From Pseudomonadota bacterium (GTDB taxonomy: Bacteria > Pseudomonadota > Gammaproteobacteria > Burkholderiales > SG8-39): 64,000 bases of DNA. Position numbers and translations under genes: made by a program. The DNA is taken from assembly GCA_025356665.1 (NCBI GenBank), contig JANXRV010000123.1, positions 8,113-72,112 on the forward strand, in the 5' to 3' direction. Shown in pieces: positions 55,177 to 64,000 of this stretch (its first letter is position 1; each line of letters starts with the position of its first letter). The notes under the pieces were generated by a model. That model worked only from the letters and a program-made list of their open reading frames with translations. It was not told the DNA's origin and searched no databases.

Positions 55177-57537
55177 ATGAAATATATCGGCCGACCGCTC
55201 AAACGGCGTGAGGATGTTCGATTTCTCACAGGTGGCGGGAATTTCGTGGATGACGTCAAGCTACCCAACACGGCTTGGATTGGATTTCTGCGAAGCCCGC
55301 ACGCACACGCGCGCATTCTCTCAATCACATCAACGGCTGCGAAAGACATGCCTGGTGTGCTTAGAGTGCTGACGTTCGCCGACTGGAAAGAGGCGGGGCT
55401 GGGTGAGCTGACCTGCGTCCATCCGATGCCCTTTAGTGATGGGCGCCCCATGAATGAAGTCCTGCGTCCATGTTTCGCGTCCGATTGCGTGCGGCATGTC
55501 GGCGACGTGGTCGCTGCCGTTGTGGCCGAAGACCGCTATGCGGCCCTTGATGCGCTGGATGCCATCGAAGTGGACTATGAAATTTTGCCCGGGATTGCGA
55601 TTACGGCGCAGGCGCTCGATTCAGAGGCGCCGGTAATTCACGACAGCTTGCATTCCAACCTGGTTAACGATGTTGTGCGCGGGAACAGGGCGGCGACAGA
55701 TGCTGCATTTGCGACCGCGGCGCACGTCACGGAGCTGACCTTATCGAGCAACAGGGTTGCAGGCAATCCGATGGAACCGCGCGCCTACATTGCTGACTAC
55801 GATCGCGCTACAGCACGTAGCACACTGTGGGCAACCACGCAGGTTCCGCACATGCTCCGGCGCTGGATCTGCAAATACACCCTATTTATTCCAGAAAACA
55901 AGCTGCGTGTAATCGCCCCCGATGTTGGAGGCGGGTTCGGGGTCAAATGTCACTACGCCGTGGAGATTGCTTCCGTGGTGTGGGCATCCCGACTTCTGGG
56001 ACGCCCAGTCAAATGGACTTGCACGCGATCAGAGCTAATGATGTCCGACGCACAGGCGCGCGATCACTACACGCATGCGAAGATGGCATTCTCCAAGACC
56101 GGGCAGATCCTCGGCATGCAGGTTGATACGCTCGCGAATTTTGGAGCCTACTGCAGCAATTTTGGTCCGAGCATTCCCGGTAACTCGTATCCGCAGACAA
56201 TCACCGGTCTTTATATGACGCCCAACCTGGATCTGCGGGTGCGCGGCGTGTACACCAACACCGTACCTATTGACGCTTATCGCGGCTCGGGGCGACCCGA
56301 GGCGACCCTGGTGAACGAACGGTTACTCGAGAATGGGGCCCGTGAAATGGGCATTGATGTGGTGGAAATGCGCCGACGCAATCTGATCCCGCATGAACTC
56401 TTCCCGTACAAGACACCGGTTGGGCGGGTCTATGACTCCGCTAACCCGCCGCGGATGCTCGAAGAGTTGGTTGTGCTTTCTAGTTACGCGAAGTTGCGTG
56501 AACAACAACTACGTCGACAAAACGCCGGCGAACTAGTGGGAATTGGCCTTGCCGCATTCCTGGATAAATCAGGCACAGGCCCCAGCGCGACGCTTGCCTC
56601 TAAGGGCGGTATGCACGGCGGCTACGAAAGTGCGTTGGTTCGAGCCCACAGCGACGGGAAGGTGACCATATTCTCGGGAAGCCATTCGCACGGGCAGGGC
56701 CACGATACGGCGTTTTGCCAGGTGGCGGCCGACCGTCTGGGTCTGCCGCTTGAGGACATTTCCCTGGTGCAAGGTGATACCGATAGCGTTCCATTCGGCA
56801 ATGGCACTTGGGGTTCACGCTCTTTATCGGTGGGCGGCATTGCCATCTACAAAGCCTCCAACAAAGTTATAGACAAAGCCAAAAAGATTGCCGCCCACAT
56901 GTTCGAATGCGCGGTATCAGATCTTGACTATGCCAATGGACTATTCTCAGTGGCTGGGACGGATCGCGTTGTCACGTTTGCCGAAGTTGCCGACGCCGCT
57001 CACCACGGGGCGAATTGCCCGACCGAAGCAGATTTCGAACCCGGGTTGGAAGCCACAGTGTTTTACGATCCGCCCGATACCAATGATCCCTCTGCCATGC
57101 ATTTGGCCGTGGTCAGCATTGATCCCAAAACTTGGCGTGTGCAAGTCGAGTCTTATTACACGCTCGACGATTGTGGCCTGGTGGTTAACCCGCTCATTGT
57201 CGAGGGCCAAGTCCATGGCGGGCTGGCTCAGGGTATCGGTCAAGCGATGATGGAAAAAGTCTCCTACGATGCGGAGTCCGGTCAGTTGCTCACGGGTACT
57301 TTCATGGATTACGCGATGCCGCGTGCGAGTGACATGCCACCTTTGAAGCTTGGGTTTATCTGCACACCTGCGCCAGGCAATCCACTCGGGGTGAAGGGCG
57401 GAAGCGAGACAGGTACGATAGGTCCGCCTGCGTCTATCGGCAATGCCATTGTCGACGCACTTTGGCACCTTGGCGTCCGTCATGTCGATGCGCCGTACAC
57501 GCCGCATGCGGTATGGAAGGCGGTAAGCGGACAATGA
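55177..57537 (+). CDS. Xanthine dehydrogenase-family large subunit (form II CoxL-like)
   Basis: [39 protein letters not shown] and KGGSETG motifs. Confidence 0.94.
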   Translation: MKYIGRPLKRREDVRFLTGGGNFVDDVKLPNTAWIGFLRSPHAHARILSITSTAAKDMPGVLRVLTFADWKEAGLGELTCVHPMPFSDGRPMNEVLRPCFASDCVRHVGDVVAAVVAEDRYAALDALDAIEVDYEILPGIAITAQALDSEAPVIHDSLHSNLVNDVVRGNRAATDAAFATAAHVTELTLSSNRVAGNPMEPRAYIADYDRATARSTLWATTQVPHMLRRWICKYTLFIPENKLRVIAPDVGGGFGVKCHYAVEIASVVWASRLLGRPVKWTCTRSELMMSDAQARDHYTHAKMAFSKTGQILGMQVDTLANFGAYCSNFGPSIPGNSYPQTITGLYMTPNLDLRVRGVYTNTVPIDAYRGSGRPEATLVNERLLENGAREMGIDVVEMRRRNLIPHELFPYKTPVGRVYDSANPPRMLEELVVLSSYAKLREQQLRRQNAGELVGIGLAAFLDKSGTGPSATLASKGGMHGGYESALVRAHSDGKVTIFSGSHSHGQGHDTAFCQVAADRLGLPLEDISLVQGDTDSVPFGNGTWGSRSLSVGGIAIYKASNKVIDKAKKIAAHMFECAVSDLDYANGLFSVAGTDRVVTFAEVADAAHHGANCPTEADFEPGLEATVFYDPPDTNDPSAMHLAVVSIDPKTWRVQVESYYTLDDCGLVVNPLIVEGQVHGGLAQGIGQAMMEKVSYDAESGQLLTGTFMDYAMPRASDMPPLKLGFICTPAPGNPLGVKGGSETGTIGPPASIGNAIVDALWHLGVRHVDAPYTPHAVWKAVSGQ

Positions 57538-58028
57538 GCGCTCGAGTTTTTAAATCTGTGGATATAACCGTCAACGGGGCGACGCTACGCGCAGAAGTTG
57601 AGACACGGCAGTCTTTAGCCGAATTCCTGCGTGCTCATGCCGGGCTGACAGGTACCCACATCGGTTGCGATACCAGCCAGTGCGGTGCATGCACGGTGCA
57701 CGTCGATGGCGTAGGCCTGAAGTCCTGTACTCTGCTGGCCGTACAAGCCAACGGCGCAGTCGTAACTACTATTGAAGGTCTTGCGGTGCGGGATGCCATG
57801 CATCCGATGCAGCAGGCGTTTCAGGAACATCATGCGCTTCAATGTGGATTTTGCACGCCCGGCATGGTAATGAGCGCACTCGATCTGGTGCGGAGAAATC
57901 CGCAGCCGACGGACGATGATATCCGGCACGCGCTTGAGGGAAACATCTGTCGCTGTACCGGCTATTACAATATTGTGAAAGCCATCTCTGCGGGCGCCAA
58001 AGCAATGCGCGAATTGCGCCCCGAATAG
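57534..58028 (+). CDS. CoxS-family (2Fe-2S) small subunit
   Basis: [18 protein letters not shown] and NICRCTGY motifs; ATGA overlap with the large subunit. Confidence 0.95.
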   Translation: MSARVFKSVDITVNGATLRAEVETRQSLAEFLRAHAGLTGTHIGCDTSQCGACTVHVDGVGLKSCTLLAVQANGAVVTTIEGLAVRDAMHPMQQAFQEHHALQCGFCTPGMVMSALDLVRRNPQPTDDDIRHALEGNICRCTGYYNIVKAISAGAKAMRELRPE

Positions 58029-58049
58029 CACGAGAATTATTTCCATACC

Positions 58050-58844
58050 ATGCATTCATTTGAATATAGAGATCCCCGATCGCTCGTCGATGCCGAGGCC
58101 ACCCTGCGCGATGTGGGTGGCGCGAAATTGCTCGCTGGCGGTATGAGCCTTATCCCGGTTATGCGACTGCGGCTGGCCGAGGTTCCTGCTTTGGTTGACC
58201 TCAACCGGATCGAAGTCCTCGCCGGTATCACTGTTTCAAATGGTGTGGTCAGAATCGGATCGATGACGCGGCACGCCACAGTCGCGGCATCCGCCGAGGT
58301 GAAGGCGACGATTCCGGCCCTGTCCGTCCTTGCCGGAGGCATTGGCGATCCCCTTGTGCGCAACCGCGGAACTATCGGAGGGTCTCTTGCGAATAACGAT
58401 CCGTCGGCCTGCTATCCATCTGCCTTGTTGGGGCTCGATAGCACCGTGATTACCCAACGACGTCGTATTGCGGGTGACGCTTTCATTACCGGCATGTTCC
58501 AGACCGCGTTGGCTGCAGACGAAATTATCACGGCCGTGGAGTTCTCGGTGCCGCATTGTGCGGCGTATGTGAAATTTGCTAATTATTCTTCGCGATTCAG
58601 CATCGTCGGAGTCTTTCTATCGAGATATCTCTCGGGTGTACGAGTTGCCGTCACAGGTGCGGGGGCGCATGCGTTCCGTGCTACCGAACTAGAAAAAGCG
58701 CTGAGTCGTGATTTCTCAGCCACAGCGATCGAGGACATTACACTTGATCCAAAAAACCTGATGTCCGATCTTCACGCGAGCGCTGAATACCGGGCTCATC
58801 TCATCAAAGTGCTTACCCAACAGGCGGTGATGGCATGCATCTGA
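58050..58844 (+). CDS. CoxM-family FAD-binding subunit
   Basis: LAGGMSLIP and VRNRGTIGGSLANNDP motifs. Confidence 0.94.
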   Translation: MHSFEYRDPRSLVDAEATLRDVGGAKLLAGGMSLIPVMRLRLAEVPALVDLNRIEVLAGITVSNGVVRIGSMTRHATVAASAEVKATIPALSVLAGGIGDPLVRNRGTIGGSLANNDPSACYPSALLGLDSTVITQRRRIAGDAFITGMFQTALAADEIITAVEFSVPHCAAYVKFANYSSRFSIVGVFLSRYLSGVRVAVTGAGAHAFRATELEKALSRDFSATAIEDITLDPKNLMSDLHASAEYRAHLIKVLTQQAVMACI

Positions 58845-58887
58845 CACGAGTTTTTGGGACCACAATAATCTACGCGAAGGTCAGTCG

Positions 58888-59853
58888 ATGAACCTCTTTC
58901 TGACCTGCACATGGCTCGTACTCTCAACTCTTGCCGGAACCGCGTTTGGACAGACTCCGGCGTATCCCAGCAAACCGGTGCGAATCATCATCTCGTTTCC
59001 GGCCGGGGGGAGCACCGATTTTCTCGCGCGGATTCTCGCCGAACGGCTTCAATCGGGGATGCAGCAAACGGTAATCGTCGAAAACCGACCCGGTGGTAAT
59101 TCAGTTATTTCCGCGGAAATGGTTGCAAAGGCCTCGCCCGACGGATACACCTTGTTTATGGCAGTGGATTCGGTTATGTCCCTTAATCCATTGCTTTACT
59201 CCAAACTTTCCTACGACCCGGAGCGTGACTTCATACCAATCTCGCATGTGGCATCGCAGCCGTTTTTCATGGTTGCCGGCCCGCGCTCCCCGGTTCGAGA
59301 CTTGCCAAGTTTGATTGCCTACGCAAGGGAAAACCCGGGTAAGTTGACTTATGGAACATCGGCCATGCTTCAGCAACTGGCGGGTGAGAAATTGAAACTC
59401 GATAGCAAGGTAGATATGTTGCATGTGCCCTTCAGGGGTTCTCCCCCTATGCTGCAAGCTCTTTTGAACGGCGAAATAGACTTTGCTATCACGGCGACGA
59501 CACCGTATGCCACCTACGTGAAAGAGGGGCGATTGTTCGGAATCGCAACATCGGGTGGTCAGCGCGAGATGGTCCTGCCGACAACACCAGTCGTGAGAGA
59601 GGCCGGTTTTCCCGATCTGGAGTTTGGCAATTGGAACGGTCTTTACGCTCCGGCAGGAACGCCCACCTTTATTCTTGAGAAACTCAACGCTGAAGTCCGA
59701 AAGGCCATGAGCGATCCGGCTGTTTCTGCAAGGTTGATTCCTGCAGGTATTTATCCGAGTACCGGCACACCTGAGCAACTCAGAACCCTGAGAAAGTCTG
59801 ATATCGAACGCTGGGGGCCCGTGATTAAGGCCGCCAGAATAAAGCTGGATTGA
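58888..59853 (+). CDS. Bug/TctC substrate-binding protein
   Basis: YPSKPVRIIISFPAGGSTD, VENRPGG and PDGYTL motifs. Confidence 0.94.
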   Translation: MNLFLTCTWLVLSTLAGTAFGQTPAYPSKPVRIIISFPAGGSTDFLARILAERLQSGMQQTVIVENRPGGNSVISAEMVAKASPDGYTLFMAVDSVMSLNPLLYSKLSYDPERDFIPISHVASQPFFMVAGPRSPVRDLPSLIAYARENPGKLTYGTSAMLQQLAGEKLKLDSKVDMLHVPFRGSPPMLQALLNGEIDFAITATTPYATYVKEGRLFGIATSGGQREMVLPTTPVVREAGFPDLEFGNWNGLYAPAGTPTFILEKLNAEVRKAMSDPAVSARLIPAGIYPSTGTPEQLRTLRKSDIERWGPVIKAARIKLD

Positions 59854-59922
59854 GTTTGCAGGCGGTGGAAATGCCACGCGATTGCCTAGCGATAGGCACT
59901 TGCTAACTGAAAGGACTTTGCC

Positions 59923-60729
59923 ATGGCTTTACTCAAGCATGTCGCAATTGTTGTCTCTGATCTGGAAAAAGCAGCTTCGTTTTACGAGGAAGTCTTCGCC
60001 TTAGAGCGCGTTGGTCGCGATGATCTCGAATTTGGGTCGGGTATTTACCTTTCAGATGGTGTATTCAACCTGGCGTTGCTCCGCTACAAAGGGGCGAGTG
60101 GGTCTGGATTGTCAAACGCCGAAACATTTATCGGGACACACCATTTCGGTTTTGTCGTTGAAAACCTAGAACGAGCGGAAGAGAGGATAAAAGCTGCCGG
60201 TGGAACGTTCTTTTTTCAGCTTGGCGAGGGCGAAGACAAGATCAACTTCGAACGAAAGTTCAAGGATCCGGACGGGATCATTTTTGATATTTCACGGCAT
60301 GGTTGGGCTACGGCGGCAACTCCTGCGACTAAATCCAAACTTCGCCATGTGGCCATCGTCGTTAAGGATCTCGAGAAGGCTGCCCAGTTCTATGAGAATG
60401 TCTTCGAACTAAAACGGGTTGGCCGGGATGACCTTGAGTTTGCCTCTGGCATTTATCTGTCAGACGGAACCAGCAATCTTGCACTGCTTCGCTATAACGG
60501 AACGAAAGGTTCGGGTCTGAAGGACGCGAACAGTTTTGTTGGGGCTCACCATTTCGGTTTTATGGTCGATGATCTTGTCGCAACGGAAAAGCGCATTAAG
60601 GAAGCCGGTGGCACCTTCTTTTTTCAGCTCGGGGACGGAGAGGAAAAAGAGAACTTCGAACGCAAGTTCAAGGATCCTGACGGTATTATTTTTGACCTAT
60701 CAAAACATGGCTGGGCGGGAACGCGGTAG
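59923..60729 (+). CDS. VOC/glyoxalase protein made of two tandem near-identical domains
   Basis: Both halves contain L.HVAIVV.DLEKAA.FYE.VF, IYLSDG..NLALL, HHFGF.V and KFKDPDGIIFD.S.HGW. Confidence 0.92.
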   Translation: MALLKHVAIVVSDLEKAASFYEEVFALERVGRDDLEFGSGIYLSDGVFNLALLRYKGASGSGLSNAETFIGTHHFGFVVENLERAEERIKAAGGTFFFQLGEGEDKINFERKFKDPDGIIFDISRHGWATAATPATKSKLRHVAIVVKDLEKAAQFYENVFELKRVGRDDLEFASGIYLSDGTSNLALLRYNGTKGSGLKDANSFVGAHHFGFMVDDLVATEKRIKEAGGTFFFQLGDGEEKENFERKFKDPDGIIFDLSKHGWAGTR

Positions 60730-61009
60730 CTATACGCTACGTCTTCTATTTTTGTTTCGATCCGCCCTCGTCGGCGCATTGTGTGTTCTCTTCGTTAATG
60801 TTGACGCGATTTGCTGTTGGGTAAAGCGCATGGTGCGGGGAATGGCGGTGGCAATGGAAATTTTCTTCCTCTCGCGGGAGCGAGTTGTTTCCTTGGAGCT
60901 GGCAGGGGAGGTGGTACAAGTTTTATAGATGGAAGAGTCCATTGGGTGCCTGGCGGGCTAATACACTCCCAACTTTGGCATGTAATATTTTTTTCAAGGT
61001 AATCAATTA

Positions 61010-61318
61010 ATGAGCTTTTACGCCCACCACGTTTTTTTTTGCTGCAACCAGCGACCCGATGGGCAAGCCTGTTGCGAAGACTACGGTGCGACCGAGCTGC
61101 GTGCTTATGCCAAAGATAAGGTCAAGGCGCTCAATCTATCAAGTCAGAGCAAGGTCCGCATTAACCAAGCTGGCTGTCTCGACCGCTGTGAGTTGGGGCC
61201 GGTCATGGTCATTTATCCGCAAGAAACCTGGTACACCTATGTAGACAAATCGGATGTCGACGAAATTATTGAAGAGCACCTCAAAAACGGCCGTATCGTC
61301 GATCGTCTTAAGATTTAG
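61010..61318 (+). CDS. Thioredoxin-like (2Fe-2S) ferredoxin
   Basis: HHVFFCCNQR..CC and RINQAGCLDRCELGP..VIYP..WY motifs. Confidence 0.93.
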   Translation: MSFYAHHVFFCCNQRPDGQACCEDYGATELRAYAKDKVKALNLSSQSKVRINQAGCLDRCELGPVMVIYPQETWYTYVDKSDVDEIIEEHLKNGRIVDRLKI

Positions 61319-61324
61319 AGTCCC

Positions 61325-61384
61325 GTGACGCTCTTTGACATTACGGTGGATCCGCCGGCGTGGTGGGCGGAGCAACGGCGGCGG
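61325..61384 (+). pseudogene. Probable C-terminal remnant of a recombinase-cassette protein
   Basis: VTLFDITVDPPAWWAEQRRR recalls the TLFDLAVDPP.LWEEQR tail of small proteins found next to serine recombinases (from memory). Confidence 0.4.
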
Positions 61385-61451
61385 ATGAAGGAGCTGAAGG
61401 TTTTTATTCCTGTGGCCAGACCAGAAAGACAACCCGCATTGTTTCTTGGGA

Positions 61452-61829
61452 CTACTTATCCGGCGATGCCGTTAGCTTATCAATCAATTCTGAGTATCCG
61501 AACGGCTTGGGCAAGATGTCGTTAAAACCAGCTTCGAGAAAGGTTTGCCGGTGTATCTCATGTGCATGCGCGGTACAGGCAATGATGTGAGCATGGTTAT
61601 TCGTTGCGCTAGATCGAAGAACTTTACAAGTGTCCATACCGTTGATACCCGGCATACTGATGTCCAAAAGTATCACGTCAATGATATTTTTTTGGGCCAA
61701 TTGGAGACAATCAAACCCATTCGTTGCTTGAAACACCTTGGAATAACCAGCCTTCCGTAACATCCTGATTACGATCTGAAGTAACGCGGGATAATCATCG
61801 ACGATCATCACAGCCTGATTCTTGGCCAT
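61452..61829 (-). CDS. Stand-alone receiver-domain response regulator
   Basis: IVDD, LLDISMP, CTAH and LPKP motifs; alternative start at 61850. Confidence 0.9.
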   Translation of the reverse strand: MAKNQAVMIVDDYPALLQIVIRMLRKAGYSKVFQATNGFDCLQLAQKNIIDVILLDISMPGINGMDTCKVLRSSATNNHAHIIACTAHAHEIHRQTFLEAGFNDILPKPFGYSELIDKLTASPDK

Positions 61830-61836
61830 GGGATTT

Positions 61837-63555
61837 TCAACAGTCTTCATTGCCGACCTCAACGAATGGCAAAGTGACGTTGAATTTACTGCCAATCCCA
61901 ACAGAGGACTCAAGTCCAATCTGCCCCCCGAAAGATTCGACCAACTGAGCCGAGAGGTACAAACCAAGCCCGGTGCCTGATAAGGGTCGTGAACCAAACT
62001 CTTCCAATTGGCTAAATTGCTTGAATAATTTCGGAATATCTTCCGGACTTATTCCCGCGCCAGTATCCTCAATCACAATTTTCACGAACTTTCCGTCCAA
62101 TTTGACCTCGAATGCGACACCACCTCGATCGGTAAATTTGATTGCGTTATTGACCAGGTTTTGGAGCACCTGAATCAATGCGGTTCTGCTTGCTGCGACA
62201 AAAGGCAGATCCATATCAGGATGCTTGAGGCTGAGCGCCAAGCCCTTCTTGGATGCTTCAGCTTGGTTTATCGCGATGACCGTTTTAACGACATCCACTA
62301 CATTTACCTTTTCTTTTTTTGCTAAAGCTGAAGATGAACCAACAGAACTGAGCATCAGCAGGTTATCGACGATGTTCTTCAGATGATCGCCTGCCGAAAA
62401 AATGGACTCCGCGGTCTTCCGCGTTTCTTCGTCATCTGTAAAAGTTTTAATATAGTCCGCCCCCGCTTTAATTCCAGCCAATGGCGTCCTCAGTTCATGC
62501 GACATATTGCGTATAAACACTTCTTTGACACCAAGGGCCAAGGTGAGATGTTTACTCTGCAACTGCAGACTATCTTCAAAGGCTATAGATTTGCGAGATG
62601 AAAACTCGATCACAAAGAAAAGAATGCATAGCATGACGGACATTAAGATGGCCGCCAGATATCTGGATCTATCAGCAGCCAGGTTATCCGAGAACATTTC
62701 GTCGTTCGAGGCGGAAATGACCACCATCAGGGGCAATCCGGGAACGCGCTGATAGGCGTAATATTCCGAAAGCTGGTTTTCATCCGAAACCTCAAGCAGT
62801 CCGGAATCCTTAGTCGGTTGTTTTGCGATTTCCTGAAACCATCTGGTTGAACGAACATCCCTATCCACTTTCAACGCAGCGCCTGAATATTCCGTCCTTG
62901 AGTACCCATCTTCGCCGACAAGGTACATAGCCCTTCCGGGTGAAACCATATCCTTATACAACTCCGCAAAATATTGAGGTGCGAACGAAACCACAGCGAC
63001 TCCAATAAAGCCCTTCCCAGGCTTATCGATTCGGCGAGCAACTTGAATAGACAACTTTCCCGAAGACCTGCCAAGCACTGTGCGTCCTATAAACAATGGT
63101 TCGCCTGATCCGTTCTTATGGTGAAGGAAATGGGGTCTATCCCTAAGATCGATTTTGACAAACGGCGTGGGAACATTCCCGGCTATGGCAAATCCCTCTG
63201 AATTTATGATTCCAATCTGGGGGTACAACCGGGTATCTTCGAGAGAACGAATCTGCCGTCCCGACAGATTTATGGCGTCGCCCTTATCCAAGTATTCCAA
63301 CGTCACAAATTTTGCCAAGATATCGGCGCCAAAAAAACTTCTTTCAGAATGTAATGCAGCGACTTTCGCCAAGCGTTCAATGCGCTGGCTTGACTGAGCC
63401 AGCACGCGCGACCGATCCTGTACTGACAAGCTTAGGGTTGTTATCCAAATTGACGAAAAAACAATCAAGATTGAAATTAGAACTGGAGGCCGCGCTGTTA
63501 ACATGCGGGCTTTTTTCGCTCGGCGGAATCGATGCCGGCGAGAATAGGTCGGCAT
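61837..63555 (-). CDS. Sensor histidine kinase with a periplasmic Cache domain
   Basis: Two TM segments around DLRDRPHF..H..LFIG; MSHELRTPL, NLVNNAIKFT, DTGAGI and GTGLGL motifs. Confidence 0.93.
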   Translation of the reverse strand: MPTYSRRHRFRRAKKARMLTARPPVLISILIVFSSIWITTLSLSVQDRSRVLAQSSQRIERLAKVAALHSERSFFGADILAKFVTLEYLDKGDAINLSGRQIRSLEDTRLYPQIGIINSEGFAIAGNVPTPFVKIDLRDRPHFLHHKNGSGEPLFIGRTVLGRSSGKLSIQVARRIDKPGKGFIGVAVVSFAPQYFAELYKDMVSPGRAMYLVGEDGYSRTEYSGAALKVDRDVRSTRWFQEIAKQPTKDSGLLEVSDENQLSEYYAYQRVPGLPLMVVISASNDEMFSDNLAADRSRYLAAILMSVMLCILFFVIEFSSRKSIAFEDSLQLQSKHLTLALGVKEVFIRNMSHELRTPLAGIKAGADYIKTFTDDEETRKTAESIFSAGDHLKNIVDNLLMLSSVGSSSALAKKEKVNVVDVVKTVIAINQAEASKKGLALSLKHPDMDLPFVAASRTALIQVLQNLVNNAIKFTDRGGVAFEVKLDGKFVKIVIEDTGAGISPEDIPKLFKQFSQLEEFGSRPLSGTGLGLYLSAQLVESFGGQIGLESSVGIGSKFNVTLPFVEVGNEDC

Positions 63556-63890
63556 ATCTCCCGATCAATGACGGCGTTACGCCGCTCCGGCGGATCGCCC
63601 GCTCTGGGCAAGGCTGGTTTAGGTGGCATGAAGGTCAAACAGGCTGTCGTGCATGAGCGACTTATCAATCAAATATCGCGATGAAATCGCGCCAATTCTG
63701 AGTTTAAAAATATTCAAAACAACACTAATAAATCAACTAATTACAAACCAATCATCAAATTTAGAGCCGCCAATCACACTCGTTCAAGGCGTTCTCCCCT
63801 GAAAAACCTTGGGACACTAATGGGCTGATATGTACATCAAGAGCCCTGCGCTTGGGTAAGGTGTTATTCGTGAATTTAGAGATACTCACG

Positions 63891-63928
63891 CCTTACTCCT
63901 TGCTCCTTACTCTTTAGCCTTTACTCTT
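63891..63928. repeat. Degenerate 7-bp tandem repeat (cYttact), about 5 copies
   Basis: ccttact ccttgct ccttact ctttagc ctttact ctt. Confidence 0.7.
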
Positions 63929-64000
63929 GGATCGCGATTTGAGGCCGAAATTTCAAGGTGGCAATGGCAAGAGCATAGCGGTGTGGTCCGTGACAAAGAA

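Larger units (their letters stand above)
50381..64000. mobile_element. AT-richer genomic island (left boundary about 50.4 kb; right end outside the window)
   Basis: Abrupt shift to A/T-ending codons after 50380; recombinase-like scar peptides at 50391-50470 and 61325-61384. No intact integrase in the window. Confidence 0.65.

Noticed and set aside
9018-58844. Aerobic CO dehydrogenase (form I cox)
   Set aside because: No AYxCSFR motif, no M-S-L order and no coxDEFG accessory genes.
60730-61002. Small ORFs between the VOC and ferredoxin genes
   Set aside because: Overlapping short frames with no motif, RBS or codon-bias support.

Overview
This window comes from a GC-rich, Betaproteobacteria-like chromosome (six Bug/TctC solute receptors, no tctA/tctB) and is dominated by catabolic gene clusters. 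No rRNA, tRNA or CRISPR array was seen. (1) 1-6.8 kb: mixed genes (flavin amine oxidase 3' part, decayed transglutaminase plus TlpA, AzlCD, SWIB/histone-like protein, MFS, HSL esterase). (2) 6.8-29.5 kb: a MarR-linked cluster with two amidohydrolases, a xanthine-dehydrogenase-family L-M-S enzyme, Bug, a Liv-type ABC importer, an MDR reductase, an acyl-CoA ligase and an orphan Mo large subunit. A shared operator-like motif (GTTAGT-N2-ACTAAC) links these genes, and recombination scars interrupt them (chimeric ORF, collapsed amidohydrolase, IS91 remnant). (3) 29.8-49 kb: Mo-bisPGD oxidoreductase, TRAP transporter, two SDRs, two TauD dioxygenases, two 4,5-dihydroxyphthalate-decarboxylase-like proteins, two class II aldolase/decarboxylase-Bug modules, an MhpA-like monooxygenase and an extradiol dioxygenase. 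(4) From about 50.4 kb to the end: a visibly AT-richer island with recombinase-type scars. It carries an apparently uncharacterised GntR-controlled pathway (Rieske ferredoxin, formamidase-like hydrolase, CADD/PqqC-like diiron oxidase, Arg-less Rid protein, Mo-hydroxylase L-S-M, Bug, tandem-duplicated VOC protein) with its own repeated operator motif, followed by a ferredoxin and a Cache sensor kinase/receiver pair. Three palindromic repeat families and many short intergenic tandem repeats are also present. All family assignments come from motif recognition by eye, without database searches.
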